The notes below the pieces were generated by a model. It was not told the origin of the DNA. It saw only the letters and a list, made by a program, of their open reading frames with translations, and made no database searches. The position numbers and the translations under genes were made by a program. This document shows positions 38,011 to 46,803 of a stretch of 64,000 nt of DNA, in pieces; position 1 is the first letter of the stretch, and every line of letters starts with the position of its first letter. This stretch comes from Candidatus Roizmanbacteria bacterium (lineage in GTDB: Bacteria > Patescibacteriota > Microgenomatia > UBA1406 > GWC2-37-13): assembly GCA_016201695.1 (NCBI GenBank), contig JACQCK010000044.1:27-64026 (forward strand), written 5' to 3'.

Positions 38011-40824
38011 TTAATCCGGCCAGTGACATTTTTTATACTTTTTTCCGGAACCGCACCAACAGGGCTCGTTACGCCCCGGTCTTTTCTGGGACGCTCCGGG
38101 AGGGGTGACTCTGAACTGTCCAGGCGGCGGAACGGACGAAACCGGTTGCCCGACAGGCGAGGGGGACTTGGTCTGCCCAACCGGCGGCGATCCCTCAACC
38201 CGCTGTTTCTCTTTTTTTTCTTTTTCGGCAAAAGGATCCACTCGACTGGCTGATTTTAAGAGAAGGGCTTTTTTGGGCTCTATTTTTGACTTTGGTGGCG
38301 GCTCGCTTTTTTGAATTTCGATTTTAAACAGGCGGCGGGTAACGTCGTAGTTGATCGACGATACCAGTTTTTCAAACATACTGTACGCTTCATTTTTATA
38401 CTCAACCAGCGGATCAAGTTGGGCATACCCGCGCAAATTAATCCCTTCTCGTAATTCTTCGATCGCGGTCAAGTGCTCCATCCAGTAACGATCAATCGTC
38501 GTCAGAAAAACGCTTGAAACAATGCTGCTCCAGAGTTCTTTTCCGATATTTTTTTCAAACAGCTTATATATTTTTTGAAATTCGGCAAAGACAAACTGCA
38601 GCAGTTTTTCGTTATTTTGCGGATGAGCCAGATCTTCAATTTTCTTAGGCTGAAGCGGGAGAATAAAGAGTAATTCACTCGTAAGTTGGGCCCGATCGGC
38701 GTCGGTCACGACTTCGCCAAGAAGCAGGCTATTGACTATCGAGGTAAATTCTTCCCGGAAAATGCCGCTTATTGTCTGGTAAAATTCGGCTGGATTTTCC
38801 CGCGGCTGCATCAGAATTTTTTTTCGAAGCGAGTAAATAATTTCCCGTTGTTTATTCAAAACGTCGTCAAAGTCAACCAGGTGTTTTCGTATATCAAAGT
38901 TAAATCCCTCCACTTTAACCTGCGCCTGCTCAATCGCTTTAGAAACCATGGCGTGGGTAAGCGGCTGATCTTCGGGAAAATTAAAAAAAGTCATCAACCG
39001 CGAAATCTGCTCGCCGCCGAAAATTCGCATCAGATCGTCCTGTAAAGCAACGAAGAAACGCGTCTCGCCCGGATCGCCCTGGCGGCCACCGCGTCCGCGA
39101 AGCTGATTGTCTATCCGCCGCGACTCATGCCGCTCGGTGCCGATAACATACAGCCCGCCGAGTCTGACCACTTCGTCGTGATTTTTGGCCCATTTTTCAT
39201 ATTCTTTTTTATACTCGTTTTCTTCCCGCTGACTTTTTCTTTTTACCGTCTGATATTGGCTCGGCGGCGTCCCACCCAAAATAATATCGACGCCCCGGCC
39301 GGCCATGTTGGTGGCCACGGTGACCACCCCCTTTTGTCCGGCGCCGGCAATAATCGTCGCCTCTTCCTGATGATTTTTGGCGTTCAATATCTGGTGGGGG
39401 ATTCCTTTTTCGTTGAGCATTCGGGACAACAGTTCGTTCTTTTCAATCGAAGTCGTACCAACAAGTACCGGCCGGCCGACTTTGTAATTGGCAGCAATGT
39501 CGTTAACAACCGCTCTAAATTTCGCGCCCTCCGTTTTGTAAATCATATCCGGTTCATCGCGCCGTACCATCGGCCGGTGCGTCGGAATAGTCAAAACATT
39601 AACGTCATAAATTTTATGAAACTCTTCCGCTTCCGTCGCGGCCGTACCGGTCATACCGGCAAGTTTTTTATACATCCGGAAATAATTTTGCAGAGAAACA
39701 GTGGCCAAAGTTTTTGATTCCTTCTGGATGGCAACATTTTCCTTAGCTTCGATTGCCTGGTGAAGGCCTTCGGAAAATCGCCGCCCGTTCAGCAACCGCC
39801 CGGTAAACTCATCAACGATGATAACCTCTTGATCCTTGACAATATAGTCTTTATCCAATTTAAATAAAGTCGCCGCTTTTAGGGCCGCCTCCAGATGAAA
39901 GAGGGTATCAAAATCGCGCTCATAAATATTTTTGACGCCCAAGATCCGCTCGACTTCCTGGATACCTTTATCGGTGAGGTTCGCCGTCCGCAGTTTTTCG
40001 TCGATGACGTAGTCGGTGAGCGGCCTTAAATTTTTGACAATGCGCGCGTAGCCGTAATATTTACCTGTATCTTCTTCGTAGGGAGCCGAAATTATATGGG
40101 GCGTCCTGGCCTCATCAATGAGCACGGAATCGGCTTCGTCAATAATGGCGAAATGAAAACCGCGCTGCACCAGCTCGCGCGGATCTTGGGCCATGTTATC
40201 GCGCAGATAGTCAAAACCAAACTCTGAATTAATGCCATAGGTGACGTCGGCCAGATATGCTTCCTTTCGGGAAATGGGTCTTAGATGAATAAGGCGCCAA
40301 TCTTGAGATTTTTCGTCGGTAAAGTCGGGGTCAAAAATGAACGACTCGTCAGAAATTATGGCCGCTGTTTTTAAACCGAGAAAATGAAATACAGCGCCCA
40401 TCCAGCCGGCATCCCGGCGCGCCAGATAGTCGTTGACGGTCACCAAATGGACGCCTTTTCCTTCGAGCGCATTCAAATACAACGCGGTTGTCGCCGATAA
40501 AGTTTTTCCCTCGCCGGTTTTCTGCTCGGCGATCTTGCCTTCATGGAGCGAAACTCCAGCAATTAACTGAACATCAAAATGCTTTTCGCCGATAACCCGG
40601 CGGGCGGCTTCGCGGACTAAGGCGTAGGAAAAGGGAAGAACTTCATCTAAATTGCTTTTGCCCGATTGGACGTCTTCCTGAAGTTTTCTTGTTTCTTTCG
40701 TAAAGGCATCATCCTTAAGGCGGCGGACTTTTTCTTCGCAGGTGTTTATTTCGGTGACCCGTTTTTCAATCCGGTCAATCTCCCTGGCATTATAATCAAA
40801 GAATTTTTTGAATATATTCAGCAT
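38011..40824 (-). CDS. secA: Preprotein translocase ATPase SecA
   Basis: 937 aa with DEAD-like motor motifs and the C-terminal zinc finger CWCGSGKKYKKCH. Confidence 0.95.
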   Translation of the reverse strand: MLNIFKKFFDYNAREIDRIEKRVTEINTCEEKVRRLKDDAFTKETRKLQEDVQSGKSNLDEVLPFSYALVREAARRVIGEKHFDVQLIAGVSLHEGKIAEQKTGEGKTLSATTALYLNALEGKGVHLVTVNDYLARRDAGWMGAVFHFLGLKTAAIISDESFIFDPDFTDEKSQDWRLIHLRPISRKEAYLADVTYGINSEFGFDYLRDNMAQDPRELVQRGFHFAIIDEADSVLIDEARTPHIISAPYEEDTGKYYGYARIVKNLRPLTDYVIDEKLRTANLTDKGIQEVERILGVKNIYERDFDTLFHLEAALKAATLFKLDKDYIVKDQEVIIVDEFTGRLLNGRRFSEGLHQAIEAKENVAIQKESKTLATVSLQNYFRMYKKLAGMTGTAATEAEEFHKIYDVNVLTIPTHRPMVRRDEPDMIYKTEGAKFRAVVNDIAANYKVGRPVLVGTTSIEKNELLSRMLNEKGIPHQILNAKNHQEEATIIAGAGQKGVVTVATNMAGRGVDIILGGTPPSQYQTVKRKSQREENEYKKEYEKWAKNHDEVVRLGGLYVIGTERHESRRIDNQLRGRGGRQGDPGETRFFVALQDDLMRIFGGEQISRLMTFFNFPEDQPLTHAMVSKAIEQAQVKVEGFNFDIRKHLVDFDDVLNKQREIIYSLRKKILMQPRENPAEFYQTISGIFREEFTSIVNSLLLGEVVTDADRAQLTSELLFILPLQPKKIEDLAHPQNNEKLLQFVFAEFQKIYKLFEKNIGKELWSSIVSSVFLTTIDRYWMEHLTAIEELREGINLRGYAQLDPLVEYKNEAYSMFEKLVSSINYDVTRRLFKIEIQKSEPPPKSKIEPKKALLLKSASRVDPFAEKEKKEKQRVEGSPPVGQTKSPSPVGQPVSSVPPPGQFRVTPPGASQKRPGRNEPCWCGSGKKYKKCHWPD

Positions 40825-40838
40825 AGAATATCCTCATA

Positions 40839-41531
40839 TCATTTAATAAAATATTCTTGGGGGATAACAATGAATTTCGCCACCGTATACCGATTGTTGT
40901 CTTTTTGATCGGGGTTATGTCGGGCAACAAAATGGATGGTATCGCCTTCTTTCACTTTGGAAAAACCGACTCGTTCGATTTCCAGTGATTTAATGTTAAT
41001 AATTTGTTGGCGCGTGCTGCTTTCTATGTCTAGCGTCACCGTATCTTTATCGTTCGTGATCACTTTTACGGTAAAGTCGTCTTTGTTAACCTCGGTAATC
41101 TTGCCGGAATTGACGTATATAAATTCATCAACAAAAACCGCGTTGGCGGTAATGGCTCGGTCGTTTATGACTCCGTTAACGATGATATAGGCGCCGGTCT
41201 TGATTTCATCCAATTTTATTTCTTTTTTTTGAGTACCGGCAATTTGAAAATACTTAGTGAGACTGTCGTCGGTCTTGATTTCGTACTCACTAGTGTCTGG
41301 GGTTTTGATTTTGAACACTCCCGTTTTTGCAGAAACGACCGTACCGGCAACCGCCCGGTTATTTTTTTGTCTAAGTTCGGCCACTTTAGTCGCCACCTTG
41401 TCCTTAAATTTCGCAATTTCCTTATCTTCAGCGCTTGATGAAGACTGGTTAGGACTTGGTGAAATATTCACGGCCGATACCGGAACGGTTATCAGAATAA
41501 TAAGCAGTAAGCCGCCAAATATTTTTTTCAT
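40839..41531 (-). CDS. Hypothetical exported protein
   Basis: N-terminal signal-like MKKIFGGLLLIILITVPVSA. Confidence 0.5.
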   Translation of the reverse strand: MKKIFGGLLLIILITVPVSAVNISPSPNQSSSSAEDKEIAKFKDKVATKVAELRQKNNRAVAGTVVSAKTGVFKIKTPDTSEYEIKTDDSLTKYFQIAGTQKKEIKLDEIKTGAYIIVNGVINDRAITANAVFVDEFIYVNSGKITEVNKDDFTVKVITNDKDTVTLDIESSTRQQIINIKSLEIERVGFSKVKEGDTIHFVARHNPDQKDNNRYTVAKFIVIPQEYFIK

Positions 41532-41959
41532 AGTTCGTCAAGGTAATAAATTTTCAGCTGCTTTTCCTGACTTCGCAGTTGTGGTTCTTTTGCGTAAACG
41601 GCAATGGTAATAATGTTTTCTCCCAGGGCGAGTGGAAAGTCAATGGTAAAATCAGCTTTATCATTTCTGACAACAACATCCTTGAGCGGCGACTGAATGA
41701 TGAGAAGCGAGTTCGGATCCGTTTTACCGCGAATCGTAACCGTATTCTTCGCCGTGATCATTCCGTCGTCCGGGCTGACGATTTCCAGTAACCGCGCGTT
41801 TATGGCATTGGGAGTGATTTTAAAGGCTGTTTTTATTTCCGGCACGATTGTCTTTGCCTTCTGCAGTTGCGCCTGTCTGTTTTTGATAATCAGCGAGACG
41901 GCAATTACGGCACCAAGTAAAATACCGAAAAAAATTGCCACGGTGGTTTCTTTTTTCAT
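41528..41959 (-). CDS. Hypothetical membrane-anchored protein
   Basis: One N-terminal TM helix. Overlaps the downstream start by 4 nt. Confidence 0.5.
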   Translation of the reverse strand: MKKETTVAIFFGILLGAVIAVSLIIKNRQAQLQKAKTIVPEIKTAFKITPNAINARLLEIVSPDDGMITAKNTVTIRGKTDPNSLLIIQSPLKDVVVRNDKADFTIDFPLALGENIITIAVYAKEPQLRSQEKQLKIYYLDEL

Positions 41960-41970
41960 AGCGACTAATC

Positions 41971-42831
41971 TTACAGTGCGAGCTCTTTTAACTCCGTAGG
42001 TAAGACAGTAATTAAATCTTCTATATTATACCAGTATCCTTTCCTGGAAAAAAGCTTATCGGCGGAACGCTTCAAAAGATACGAAGCCAGAACGGCAGAC
42101 AGGAGTGGTTGGTTAGTCGCGTATAATGAAACCGTCAGCGCCGCCAGTAAATCGCCGGTTCCGCCCTTTGTCATCCCCGCGTTGCCGCCTTCAATGACGT
42201 AAGTTTCTTGCCCGTCAGAAACTATGTCCACGATCGCTTTTAAAAGGGTTACCGCCCGATAGTCTTTTGCATAGATTTTGACCTGATTAATTTTGTCGGC
42301 GGCACTTCTTTCAAAAATATCCTCGCCGAAGAGCTTTTCGAATTCTTTCTGATGAGGGGTAATAATCGGTGTCGTCTTTAATTCACGGAGCCATTCGGCG
42401 TCCATCATCTGTAAAGCGCCCGCGTCGATGACGAATTTTTTCTCCGGAAATTCCGACAGCAGTTTATAGGTAATCGTACGGGTATACTCGGCTTCCTTAC
42501 CGTCGCCCCGCATCATCCCCGGACCAATCAGGATAGCGTCGTCCTCCGCGACATACTCAAAAAGATGTTCCTGCGGCACTACCATACCGTTGTGAAATTT
42601 TTTTTTAAGCGATAAAAAAATTTCCTCATTTTCGGCCGTTGAGGCGTAATGTACCATATCGACAAAATGCGAGGCGACTTCTGCCGCCCACAAAGAGGCG
42701 GAGTGAAACAGAGATGAACCGCCGATGATTAATACTTTTCCGTTCTGTCCTTTGTGAGAGGCCGCCGCCGGCAGATTAAGGCCGGAAACAATTTCTCGGA
42801 TCGACTGCGGACGTGATGTCAGGATACGCAT
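41971..42831 (-). CDS. nnrD: ADP-dependent NAD(P)H-hydrate dehydratase (YjeF C-terminal family)
   Basis: KGQNGKVLIIGGS ... GNAGMTKGGTGDLLAA. Confidence 0.75.
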   Translation of the reverse strand: MRILTSRPQSIREIVSGLNLPAAASHKGQNGKVLIIGGSSLFHSASLWAAEVASHFVDMVHYASTAENEEIFLSLKKKFHNGMVVPQEHLFEYVAEDDAILIGPGMMRGDGKEAEYTRTITYKLLSEFPEKKFVIDAGALQMMDAEWLRELKTTPIITPHQKEFEKLFGEDIFERSAADKINQVKIYAKDYRAVTLLKAIVDIVSDGQETYVIEGGNAGMTKGGTGDLLAALTVSLYATNQPLLSAVLASYLLKRSADKLFSRKGYWYNIEDLITVLPTELKELAL

Positions 42832-42843
42832 GCTATAATTTTA
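42831..42843. promoter_or_regulatory. Overlapping divergent -10 boxes in the 16-bp nnrD/alaS spacer
   Basis: Plus strand: TGcTATAAT at 42831..42839, 8 nt from the alaS ATG at 42848. Minus strand: TAAAAT at 42843..42838, 6 nt from the nnrD ATG at 42831. Confidence 0.55.
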
Positions 42844-42847
42844 CTAT

Positions 42848-44704
42848 ATGGGCATTTCTCAACAACAGGTTCGTGACCGATTTCGGCGTTTTTGGGAAAA
42901 AAAAGCTCATAAAGAGGTCCCGCCCATCCCGCTTATCCCCAAAGATGATCCGACTACCTTGTTTACCGGAAGCGGCATGCAGCAGTTGGTCCCTTATCTT
43001 TTAGGAGAGCCGCACCCTCTCGGCACAAAATTATACAATATCCAACCTTGTTTCAGGGCTCAGGATATTGAAGAAATCGGCGATAACAGACACACCACCT
43101 TTTTTGAGATGATGGGCAATTGGTCTTTAGGAGATTATTTTAAAGAAGAGCAGTTGGCCTGGGTCTGGCAATTTTTCACCGAAGAGCTGGATCTTCCTAA
43201 AGAAAAACTCCATGTAAGCGTTTTTGAAGGAACGAAGCAAATCCGAAGCGACGAAGAGTCGGCCTTTATTTGGCGAAAATTAGGGCTGCCAAAAGACAAA
43301 ATTCATTTCTACGGCGCTGATAAAAATTGGTGGTCACGGGCCGGCGTCCCGGACAATATGCCGGCCGGCGAGCCGGGCGGTCCGGACAGTGAAGTGTTCT
43401 ACGATTTCGGCGAAGAGTTAAAAACTCACGAAAAATCTGCTTTCCAAAATCAGCCATGTCACCCCAACTGTGATTGCGGAAGATTTCTGGAAATCGGTAA
43501 TTCCGTATTTATGCAGTACAAAAAAGAAGAAGACGGCTCTTTCACCGATCTACCAAAAAAAAACGTTGATTTTGGTGGCGGGTTAGAAAGAATTTTAGCA
43601 GCTATTAACAATAATCAAGATGTTTTTGCTACAGATTTGTTCCGCCCTCTATTAAAAACAATTAAAGAAATAACATCGTCCCGATATTATTATGGACAAC
43701 ATATATGGATAAATAAATATTTTCGAATTATGGCTGATCATATAAAAGGATCAATAATGCTCATTAATGAAGGTGCTAATCCTTCGAATAAAGAGAGAGG
43801 ATATATTACACGAAGACTAATTAGGAGAGTCATTGGTTACGGGAGAAACTATTTACAAGTCAATAGAGCTTTTGTTGGAGAATTGGTTGAACCAGTTGTT
43901 CAAATATATGGAGACGTATACCCAGAATTGATTGAAAATAAACAACAAATAGAAAAGGTCCTAGTTGAAGAAGAAAACAATTTTATTAAAACATTACAAA
44001 AAGGAATAAATCAAATAAAAAAAGATTTTCAAAAATCGTCAAATTCAAAAAATAGAATAATAAAAGGTGAGAAAGCTTTTTATTACTATGAAACATTTGG
44101 GATTACTCCAGATTTAACTAAAGATATTGTTGAAGGATTGGGTGGTCAAAGGAATCAATCGTATGAAGTAGATTTCATAGACGCTAAAAGGAAACACCAA
44201 GAACAATCCCGTACTTCGTCTGCTGGAATGTTTAAAGGCGGATTAGCCAATCAGAGTGAACAAGCTCTAAAGTACCATACGGCCACTCATCTCCTCCACC
44301 AGGCGCTTTTTGATGTCTTGGGAAATGATGTCAGGCAGGAGGGATCAAACATTACCGGCGAAAGATTACGATTTGATTTTTCATCAGCAAAAAAACCGAC
44401 ACCTAATGAGATAAAAAAAATAGAAGACATTATAAATGCCAAAATAAAAGACAGTTTACTCATCGATTTTAAAATAATGACTCGAGACGAGGCTTACAAA
44501 ATCGGCGCCAAGTCTTTTTTTCGGGAAAAATATCCGGACATGGTCAAGGTTTATTTTATCGGCGCCGACGCCAGCTTGGAACACGCATACTCAAAAGAAT
44601 TTTGCGGCGGGCCTCACGTCAAAAACACAAGTGAAATAGAAACACTTGCCATTTTTAAACTGGAGAAAATCGGCAGCAACATCTATCGCCTTTATGCCCG
44701 ATAG
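42848..44704 (+). CDS. alaS: Alanine--tRNA ligase, short form lacking the C-Ala domain
   Basis: DDPTTLFTGSGMQQ, the editing-domain HTATHLLHQAL, and CGGPHV. 618 aa, compared with about 870 aa for typical bacterial AlaRS. Confidence 0.85.
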   Translation: MGISQQQVRDRFRRFWEKKAHKEVPPIPLIPKDDPTTLFTGSGMQQLVPYLLGEPHPLGTKLYNIQPCFRAQDIEEIGDNRHTTFFEMMGNWSLGDYFKEEQLAWVWQFFTEELDLPKEKLHVSVFEGTKQIRSDEESAFIWRKLGLPKDKIHFYGADKNWWSRAGVPDNMPAGEPGGPDSEVFYDFGEELKTHEKSAFQNQPCHPNCDCGRFLEIGNSVFMQYKKEEDGSFTDLPKKNVDFGGGLERILAAINNNQDVFATDLFRPLLKTIKEITSSRYYYGQHIWINKYFRIMADHIKGSIMLINEGANPSNKERGYITRRLIRRVIGYGRNYLQVNRAFVGELVEPVVQIYGDVYPELIENKQQIEKVLVEEENNFIKTLQKGINQIKKDFQKSSNSKNRIIKGEKAFYYYETFGITPDLTKDIVEGLGGQRNQSYEVDFIDAKRKHQEQSRTSSAGMFKGGLANQSEQALKYHTATHLLHQALFDVLGNDVRQEGSNITGERLRFDFSSAKKPTPNEIKKIEDIINAKIKDSLLIDFKIMTRDEAYKIGAKSFFREKYPDMVKVYFIGADASLEHAYSKEFCGGPHVKNTSEIETLAIFKLEKIGSNIYRLYAR

Positions 44705-44713
44705 GAAATCTGA

Positions 44714-44742
44714 TTGACAATCGGATTTCCATATATTATAGT
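44714..44742 (+). promoter_or_regulatory. Promoter TTGACA-N17-TATAGT, 8 nt from the ATG at 44751
   Basis: -35 at 44714..44719, -10 at 44737..44742. Confidence 0.6.
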
Positions 44743-44750
44743 GGTTAGGT

Positions 44751-45590
44751 ATGCCACCAAGAAAAAAAACTCCACGAAATAAATCGACTCCTCTTCAGCC
44801 GGCAACACCGGAATATGTCCGCCCTCCTTCCGGTCCGTCCAACCTCTTAATCATTCTTCTTATTGCGGTGTCTTTTTTTGCCGGTTATCTTTTCTTCCGA
44901 CTGCAAAGCCTTGAACAAGGTAAGAAAGATACGGTAACTCAAAACCTTCCGCAAAAGGCCCAACCGGTTGCGCTCGGTCAGATTAAAAAATTATTCAGTA
45001 ACGATTATATTCATTTCGGTAACGCCGATAAAAAAGTACTATTCGCCGAGATCTTAGATCCAAGCTGCCCTTACTGCCATGTCGCCGGTGGAAGGGACTC
45101 CGAACTCAGCAAGCAAACAGGCCGATTCCAGTACATAACGAACGGCGGCACTTACACCCCACCGGTTCCGGAAATGCGAAAACTGGTCGATGAAGGCAAG
45201 GCTTCGTATGCGGTGATTTACAGCCCGGGACACGGAAACGGTGAAGTCGCGATGGAAACTTTGTACTGCGCTTTTGACAGCGGTAAGTTCTGGGAAGTCC
45301 ACGATAAATTGATGAGTTACGAGGGATATACACTCATCAACGACAAAGTACAAAATAATAAAGCCAACGTATCGCTGGTCGTCAATTTTTTAGGAGACAT
45401 TGTTGATCCGCAAACCCTAAAAACCTGTATCGAAAGCGGCAAGTATGACCAAAGGCTACAAAAAGAACAACAGCTTAGTCAGGCACTTGGCTTTCAGGGT
45501 ACGCCGCACTTTTTTGTGAACACGACTTCGTTTGGCGGTGCCTACGACTACAAACAAATACAACCGGTCGTCGACTCAGCACTAAAATAA
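44751..45590 (+). CDS. DsbA-like thioredoxin-fold oxidoreductase, membrane-anchored
   Basis: One N-terminal TM helix and a CPYC active site (LDPSCPYCHVAG). Confidence 0.6.
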   Translation: MPPRKKTPRNKSTPLQPATPEYVRPPSGPSNLLIILLIAVSFFAGYLFFRLQSLEQGKKDTVTQNLPQKAQPVALGQIKKLFSNDYIHFGNADKKVLFAEILDPSCPYCHVAGGRDSELSKQTGRFQYITNGGTYTPPVPEMRKLVDEGKASYAVIYSPGHGNGEVAMETLYCAFDSGKFWEVHDKLMSYEGYTLINDKVQNNKANVSLVVNFLGDIVDPQTLKTCIESGKYDQRLQKEQQLSQALGFQGTPHFFVNTTSFGGAYDYKQIQPVVDSALK

Positions 45591-45617
45591 TTTTCTACTC
45601 TGTTGTATAATGCCGGC

Positions 45618-46499
45618 ATGACCGCGTATGAAAGGCGGATTACGAAAATATCTGCATTTATAAAGAAAAAATTACCCCTGGGCTTTCAACCTCAATTTGC
45701 GCTTACTCTCGGTTCGGGCGGACTCGGAGATATCGCCAACAGTTTTAAGCTTGTTACCGACCCTATTCCTTATTCGCAAATCCCCCGGTTCATCACTACT
45801 TCTGTCGAAGGACATAAGGGCAATTTTCTGGCCGGATATATTGCCGAAGTACCGGTAATCGGATTTCAAGGAAGAAAACACTTTTACGAACTCGGCGGTC
45901 AGCCAGACCTGGTCAACTCACTGCAAGAGATTACTTTACCGGTACAAGTCGCGCACCAGCTTGGAGCCAGAATTTATTTTGCCACCAATGCTGCCGGCGC
46001 ACTCAACTTACGATACAAACCCGGAGATATTATGATCATTTCTTCACATTTTGGCTTGTTTTTTCCAAATCCCCTACAGGGTCCGGTCGTCTTCAACGCC
46101 AAGCGCTTTATTCCTCAAAATAACGCGTACGGTCAGAGGCTGCGGCTGCTTCTTCACAAAGCCTCTAGTAAAATTAAGATGCACCAACATGTACATGAGG
46201 GCGTGTACGCGGCGGTACCGGGGCCGACTTACGAGGCACGTGCTGAATCGCAGGCGTTGAGGAAACTGGGAATCGATGCGGTCGGGATGTCAACGGTACC
46301 GGAAATAATCGTTGCAACAAGCCTAGGAATGGAAACTATCGGTCTATCTCTTATAACCAACGTCATTGCCAGCGACGGAACAAACGCCACCTCCCACGAG
46401 GAAGTTATGCGGACTTTAAGCAATCCCAAAACTCGTAAGCGAATCAACCGACTATTGGAGACCTTTTTTCACCTTTACTCACCGCCACTTCCGAAGTGA
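45618..46499 (+). CDS. Purine nucleoside phosphorylase (trimeric PNP/MTAP family)
   Basis: GMSTVPEIIVA and HxGN-type motifs. ATG 45618 is preferred over the TTG at 45603 because TATAAT (45606..45611) lies 6 nt upstream of it. Confidence 0.75.
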   Translation: MTAYERRITKISAFIKKKLPLGFQPQFALTLGSGGLGDIANSFKLVTDPIPYSQIPRFITTSVEGHKGNFLAGYIAEVPVIGFQGRKHFYELGGQPDLVNSLQEITLPVQVAHQLGARIYFATNAAGALNLRYKPGDIMIISSHFGLFFPNPLQGPVVFNAKRFIPQNNAYGQRLRLLLHKASSKIKMHQHVHEGVYAAVPGPTYEARAESQALRKLGIDAVGMSTVPEIIVATSLGMETIGLSLITNVIASDGTNATSHEEVMRTLSNPKTRKRINRLLETFFHLYSPPLPK

Positions 46500-46614
46500 C
46501 GAATTATTTTTAGACTACCACAACAGTAGAATCAAAATTTACGGTGTATATTCAAAAACGCCCGTAAACAGTTGAAGCCGTAAATATCAACTAAACAACA
46601 CTTCGGAAGTGGCG
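46483..46614. repeat. Nested inverted repeats: 16-nt outer arms plus alternative inner arms
   Basis: cgccacttccgaagtg (46483..46498) is the reverse complement of cacttcggaagtggcg (46599..46614). The inner atttacgg (46537..46544) can pair with ccgtaaa at 46562..46568 or with ccgtaaat at 46578..46585. Confidence 0.85.
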
Positions 46615-46640
46615 AAATCAAATCGAGATCGAGACTAACT

Positions 46641-46717
46641 TGGTGACGCGTATGGGATTCGAACCCATGATTTACAGGTTGAGAACCTGTCGTCCTGGGC
46701 CACTAGACGAACGCGCC
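46641..46717 (-). tRNA. tRNA-Glu (anticodon CUC), CCA encoded
   Basis: Hand fold: GGCGCGT/ACGCGTC acceptor, anticodon loop TTCTCAA, ATGGG-TTCGAAT-CCCAT T arm, discriminator A plus CCA. Confidence 0.85.
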
Positions 46718-46727
46718 GGGGCCGTAT

Positions 46728-46756
46728 TTGACATTTATTTTTAAATGTAGTATATT
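46728..46756 (+). promoter_or_regulatory. greA promoter TTGACA-N17-TATATT
   Basis: -35 at 46728..46733, -10 at 46751..46756. Confidence 0.65.
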
Positions 46757-46768
46757 GTAACAACATAA

Positions 46769-46803
46769 CCCCCGAAGAACAAGTTCAGAGGGGGCATTTT
46801 TTT
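46769..46803 (+). terminator. Terminator-like hairpin plus T7 in the greA leader, abutting the ATG
   Basis: ccccc(46769..73)-N16-ggggg(46790..94), then ca, then T7 (46797..46803), then the ATG at 46804. The 3' arm gaggggg is the only SD-like tract. Confidence 0.55.

Noticed and set aside
37944-38314. ORFs of 69-95 aa overlapping the 3' end of secA on both strands (37944..38231-, 38023..38253+, 38105..38314+).
   Set aside because: They are Arg/Pro/Gly-rich translations of alternative frames of the GC-rich, low-complexity SecA tail. The SecA frame ends with the canonical CWCGSGKKYKKCH zinc finger, so these are frame artefacts.
46500-46640. Possible SRP RNA, 6S RNA, tmRNA or RNase P RNA between PNP and tRNA-Glu.
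   Set aside because: No conserved signature is present: no SRP domain IV GGAA/AGCA loops and no tRNA-like end or tag ORF. The region is only about 130 nt.
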